DNA of 64,000 nt from the human T2T-CHM13v2.0 reference genome, Homo sapiens. Location of the stretch: the NCBI RefSeq assembly GCF_009914755.1, contig NC_060925.1; one strand, written 5' to 3'. A model generated the notes under the pieces. It saw only the letters and a program-made list of their open reading frames with translations. It searched no databases and was not told the origin of the DNA. Position numbers and translations under genes: made by a program. Below, in pieces: positions 54,401 to 64,000 of this stretch (the first letter of the stretch is position 1; the number at the start of each line of letters is the position of its first letter).

Positions 54401-56251
54401 AATGTATGTCACAAAGCACCCTGTAGGCGAAGCCTAGACAGTAGTTACATCACTTGGGGGATCAGTGGCGATATCTCTCAAAATTCCCCTGTAGGCAGGG
54501 CTTATACAACAGTAACATCACCTGGGTGATCAGTGCAGAGATATGTCACAATGCCCCCTTAGGCAGAGCCTAGAAAAATGCCCCAAAACCGGGATGATCA
54601 GTGCAGAGATATGTCAAAACGCTCCTGTAGGCTGAACCTAGACAGGAGTTACATCAACTGGGTAATCAGTGCAGACATATGTGAGAATTCAAGTGTAGGC
54701 AGAGCCTAGACAATAGTTACATGACCTAGGTGATCAGTGCAGAGATACATCGCAATGTCCCTGTAGGCAGAGCCTTGACAAGTGGTATATCACCTGGGTG
54801 ATCATTGCAGGGATATGTCACAAAGCACCCTGTAGTCAGATCCTAGAGAATAGTTATATCACCTGGGTGATAAGTGCAGAGATATGTCAAAAGCCCCCTG
54901 TTGGCAGAGCCTAGACAAGAGTTATATCATCTGGGTGATCAGTGCAGTGATATGTGACAGTGCCGTGTAGCCAAAGCCTAGAATAAAGCAATAGCTCCTG
55001 GGAGATCAGTGCAGAGATACGTCACAATGTCCCCATTGGGCAGAGACCAGGCAAGAGTTGGATCACTTCAGGATCAGTGCAGAGATATATGTCAATCCCC
55101 CAGTGGGCACAGCCTAGACAAGAGTTACATCACCTCGGTTAACAGTGCAGAGATATGTCAAAATGCCCCTGTAGGCAGAGCCTACATAAGTGTTACATCA
55201 CTTAGGTGATCAGTGCAGAGATATGTCAAAATACCCCCTGTAAGCAGAGCCTAGGCAACAGTTACATCACCTGGGTGATCAGTGCAGAGATATGTGACAA
55301 GGCCCCTTTAAGCACAGCCTAGACAATAGTTACATCACCTGAGTGATCAATGTAGAGATCTGTCACAATGCCCCTTTAGGCAGAGATTAGACCAGAGTTA
55401 CAACACCTGGGTGATCAGTGCGGAGATACGTCACAATGCCCCCATAGGCAAATCCAAGACAAGAGTCTGTCACCTGGGTGATCAGTTCAGAAATATGTGA
55501 GAATGCCCCCAGTAAGCAGAACCTAGAGAAGAGTCCCTTCACCTGTGTGATCAATGCAGAGTTATTTCACAATGCCCCCTTTGGGCAGAGGGTAGACAAG
55601 AGTTACTTCACCTAGATGATCAGTGCAGAGATATGTCACAAAGCCCCCTATACTCAGAGCCTGGAAAAGAGTTACATCACCTGGGTGGTCAGTGCAGAGA
55701 TATGTCACAATGCCACTGTAGGCAGCGCCTAGACAAGAGTTACATGACCTAGGTGATCAGTGCAGAGATACATCGCAATGCCCCTGTAGGCAGAGCCTTG
55801 ACAAGTGGTATATCACCTGGGTGATCATTGCAGGGATATGTCACAAAGCACCCTGTAGTCAGATTCTAGAGAAGAGTTATATCACCTCGGTGATCAATGC
55901 AGTGATTTGTCACTATGCCCCGTAGCAGAGCCTAGTCAAGCGTTACATCACCTGGGTGATCAGTGCAGAGATATGTCACAATGCCCCTATACACAGAGCC
56001 TAGACAAGGGTGCCATCACCTGGGTGATCAGCGAAGAAATATGTCACAATGTCCCCATAGGCAGATCCAACACAAGAGTTACATCACCTGGGTGATCAGT
56101 GTAGAGATATGTCACAATGTCCCCATAGTCAGAGCCCAGACAAAAGTTCCATCACCTGGGTGATCAGTGCAGAGATATGTCACAAAGCCCCTGTAGGCAG
56201 AGCCTAGACAAGAGTTACATCACTTTGTTGATCAGTTCAGAGATGTGTCAT
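48419..56251 (+). repeat. Beta-satellite array (longest spacer, ~7.8 kb)
   Basis: 68-bp monomers with internally repeated blocks. Confidence 0.96.
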
Positions 56252-58970
<2,719 letters not shown>

Positions 58971-61900
58971 TTTAGTCAAAGCCTGGAGAATAGTTACATC
59001 TCCTGGATGATCACTTCAGAAGTATGTCACAATGCCCCCACCCTGAGAAGCCTAGAGAAGATTTGCATCATTTCGGTGATCAGTGCAGAGATATATCACA
59101 ATGTCGCCTGTACAAAAAGCCTGGAAATGATTTACATCACCTCGGTGATCTGTGCATAGGTATGTCAGAAATCCCCAAAAGGCTGAACCTAGACAAGGGT
59201 TACATCACTTAGGTGATCAGTGTAGAGATATATGAAAATTAACGTGTAGACAGAGCCTAGACAAGTGTTACATCACCTTCTAATCAGCGCAGCGATAAGT
59301 GGTAAAGTCTCCTCTATGCAGAGTGCAGTCAAGTGTTTCCTCCCTAGGTTGATCAGAGCAGAGATATGTCACAAAGCCCCTGTAAGCAGAAGCTTGACAA
59401 GTGTTACATCACCTGTTTGATCAGTGGAAATGTATATCACAAAGCCCCCTGTAGGCAAAGCTCAGACAGTTGTTACATCACCTGGGTGAGCAGTGGAGAG
59501 ATCTGTCACAATGCCCCTGTAGGCAGAGCTTAGACGAGGGTTACATCACCTGGGTGATCAGTGCAGAGATATGTCAAAACGCTCCTGAAGGCTGAACCTA
59601 GATAGGAGTTACATCACTTGTGTGATCAGTGCAGAGATATGTGAGAATTCCCGTGAAGGCAGAGTCTAGACAAGTGTTACATCACCTAGGTTATCAGTGC
59701 AGGTATAAGGCATAAAGCCTCCTGCAGGCAGAGCGTAGCCAAGAGTTTCCTCCCCAGGGTGATCAGTGTAGAGATGTGTCACAAAGCCCCTGTACACAGA
59801 GCCTAGACAAGAGTTTCATCACTTGGTTGATCAGGTCAGAGATGTGTCACAATGTCCATGTAGGCAGATCTAAGACAACAGTCCATCACCTGGGTGATCA
59901 GTGTAGAGATATGTACCAATGTCCCCTGTAGGCAGTGCCTAGACAAGAGTTGCATCACCTCAGAGATCAGTGCAGAGATATGTCACAAAGCCTTCTGTAC
60001 GCAAAGCCCATACAAGTCTTACATCACCTAGGCGATCAGTGCAGTGATATGTCACAAAAATCCCTGTAGACGGAGCCTAGGAAAGAGTTACATCACCTGG
60101 GTGATCAGTGCAGATATTTGACACAATGCCAAGATGGACAGAGCCTAGACAAGACTTCCATTACCTGGGTGATCAGTGCAGAGATATGTCACAAATCCCC
60201 CTGTAGGCAGAGTATAGAGAAGAGTCCCATCACCTGGGTGATCAGTGCAGAGATATTTCACAATGCCCCTTGTAGGCAGAGAGTGGACAAGAGTTACATA
60301 GCCTAGTTGATCTGTGCACAGCTATGTCAAAACGCCCCTGTAGGGAGAGCCTAGATAAATGTTACATCACCTGGGTGATCAGAGCAGAGATACGTCACAA
60401 TAATCCCTGTAGGTGGAGCCTAGACAAGAGTTACATCACCTGGGTGATCAGTGCAGAGATATGTCACAAAGCCCCCTGTAGAAAAATCCCAGAAAATTGT
60501 TACATAACCTGGGTGAGCAGTGGAGATATCTGTCACAATTCCCCTTTAGGCGCAGCTTAAAAACCGTTACATCACATGAGTGATCAGTGCAGAGATATGT
60601 CACTATGCCCTCATAGACAGATCTAAGACAAGGGCCCGTCACCTGTGTGATCAGTGCAGATATATGTCACAATGCCCCCTTAGGCAGAACCTAGATAAAA
60701 GTCTCATCACCTGGATGATCAGTGCAGAGTTATGTCACAAAATCCCTTTAGGCAGATCCTAGACAATAGTTACATCACTTGAATGATCAGTGCTGAGATG
60801 TGTCACAATGCCACTGTAGGCAGAGCCTAAACAAGAGTTACATGAACCAGGTGATCAGTGCAGAGATACATCGCAATGTACCTGTAGGCAGAGCCTTGAC
60901 AAGTGGTACATCACCTGGGTGATCATTGTAGGGATATGTCACAAAGCACCCTGTAGGCAGATCCTAGAAAAGAGTTACATCACCTGGGCGATCAGTGCAG
61001 AGATATGTCACAAGCCCCCTGTAGGCAGAGCCCAGACGAGAGTTATATCACCTGGGTCAGCAGTGCAGAGATCTGTCACAATGCCATGTAGCCAGAGGCT
61101 AGACTAAAGTTACACACTTGGCAGATCAGTGCAGAGATATGTCACAATGTCCCCAGTAGGCAGAGACCAGGCAAGAGTTGGATCACCTCGGGATCAGTGC
61201 AGAGATATGCCTCAATACCCCTGTGGGCACAGCCTAGACAAGAGTTATATCACCTCGGTTAACAGTGCAGAGAGATGTCAAAATGCCTCTGTAGGCAGAG
61301 CCTACACAATTGTTACATCAATTAAGTGATCAGTGCAGAGATATGTCACAATAACCCCTGTAAGCAGAGGCTAGACAAGAGTTACATCACCTGGGTGATC
61401 AGTGCCGAGATATGTGACAAGGCCCCTTTAAACAGAGCCCAGACAATAGTTACATCACCTGAGTGATTAGTGCAGAGATCTGTCACAATGCCCCTTTAGG
61501 CAGAGCTTAGACCAGAGTTACATCAACTGGGTGATCAGTGCAGAGATATGTCACAATGCACCCATAGGCAAATCCAAGACAAGAGTCCGTCACCTGGGTG
61601 ATCAGTGCAGAAATATGTGACAATGCCCCCATTAGGCAGAGCCTAGAGAAGAGTCCCATCACCTGGGTGATCAGTGCAGAGATATTTCACTATGCCCCTG
61701 CAGGCAGAGCATAAGCAAGAGTTACAGCACGTAGATCATCAGTGCAGAGATATGTCACAAGGACCCCTATAGGCAGAGCATGGACAAGAGTTACATCACC
61801 TCGGTGATCAATGCAGTGATATGTGACTATGCCCCGTAGGCAGAGCCTAGTCAGGCGTTACATCACCTGGTTGATCAATGCAGAGATGTCACAAAGTTCC

Positions 61901-62164
61901 CATACGCAGAGCCTAGATAAGAGTCCCGTCACCTGGGTGATCAGTGCAGCAATATGTCACAATGACCCCATAGGCAGATCCAACACAAGAGTTACATCAC
62001 CTGGGTGTTCAGTGTAGAGATATGTCACAATGCCCCCATAGGCAGAGCCTAGACAAAAGTCTCATCACCTGGGTGATCAGTGCAGAGATATGTCACAAAG
62101 CCCCTGTAGGCAGAGCCTATACAAGAGTTACATCACTTTGTTGATAAGTTGAGAGATGTGTCAT
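58971..62164 (+). repeat. Beta-satellite array
   Basis: 68-bp monomers. Confidence 0.96.
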
Positions 62165-62773
62165 GCTGACTGTTTGCTCCCAGAGCTCTGCGGGCACCCG
62201 GAAACATGCAGGGAAGGGTGGAAGACCCGAATGGTGCCTTCGCTCTCCTTGCCAGTTTCCAAACCGGCCACACTGCAGACTCCCCATGTTGCCGCACACG
62301 GGAATCCATCGTCAGGCCATCACGCTGGGGAGGCACCTTCTCTCTGGGGTCTCGCTCTGGTCTCCTACATGGAAATTAACGAGAGCCACACGCCTGGGAG
62401 TGTGAGACTGTCCTGGCAACGGCGACTGCCACAGGCACTGCCTCCTTCACGGAGAGAGGGCCTGGAACACTCAAGACTCCCACGGAGGTTAAGGTTTACA
62501 CTCCCCTCCACCCTCCCAGGCCGGTTTCTCCCTGCTGAAGAGGCGTGGGAGCCCAGAGATCGGCTTCCATTTCCCGTGGGATTCCTGGAGAGGTCCGGAG
62601 AGCCAGCCCGCGAAATGCGCCCGCCTCACCCCTTCCCCCTCACCCCCTTCCTCTTCGTGTCTCTGGCCTCACCAGCGACATCACCACGCCCTCCCCCCCC
62701 ACCACCCCCAGGCCGCAGGCCTCGACGCCCTGGAACCCTTCCGGGGTGGGGTGGGCATTCCCAGGGTTCACCG

Positions 62774-64000
<1,227 letters not shown>

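Overview
This is primate (human or great-ape) heterochromatin, not prokaryotic DNA. About 60% of the window is diverged 68-bp beta-satellite (BSAT/Sau3A). The satellite is interleaved with ten D4Z4-derived GC-rich segments: seven complete ~2.7-kb units, one unit cut by the window end, one inverted and headless unit, and one ~440-bp fragment. Each carries a disabled DUX4-like double-homeobox pseudogene. This matches the known LSAU-BSAT composite / DUX4L clusters of the acrocentric short arms and other pericentromeric sites; the exact locus and species cannot be assigned without a search. No intact DUX4 ORF is present, and I see no evidence for a wholly new biological system. The notable structure is as follows. 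(i) The amplified unit is a composite of partial D4Z4 plus a satellite spacer with an ordered monomer series, and both junctions are the same in every copy. (ii) Every intact 3' end has the distal 4qA-type layout (exon 2, exon 3/pLAM, then BSAT) but lacks the ATTAAA polyA signal. (iii) The exon 3/pLAM segment is itself a decayed copy of the DUX4 5' UTR and start region with the ATG deleted. (iv) Three inversion breakpoints (~14783, ~27775, ~37173) flip satellite and DUX4 polarity together. (v) A few neo-ATG ORFs keep either homeodomain parts or only the C-terminal activation domain. Comparisons to 4q35 DUX4 are from recalled sequence and need confirmation by alignment. Boundaries are approximate (about +/-10 bp). 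For satellite, '+' means the strand reading GATCAGTGCAGAGATATGTCACAA.
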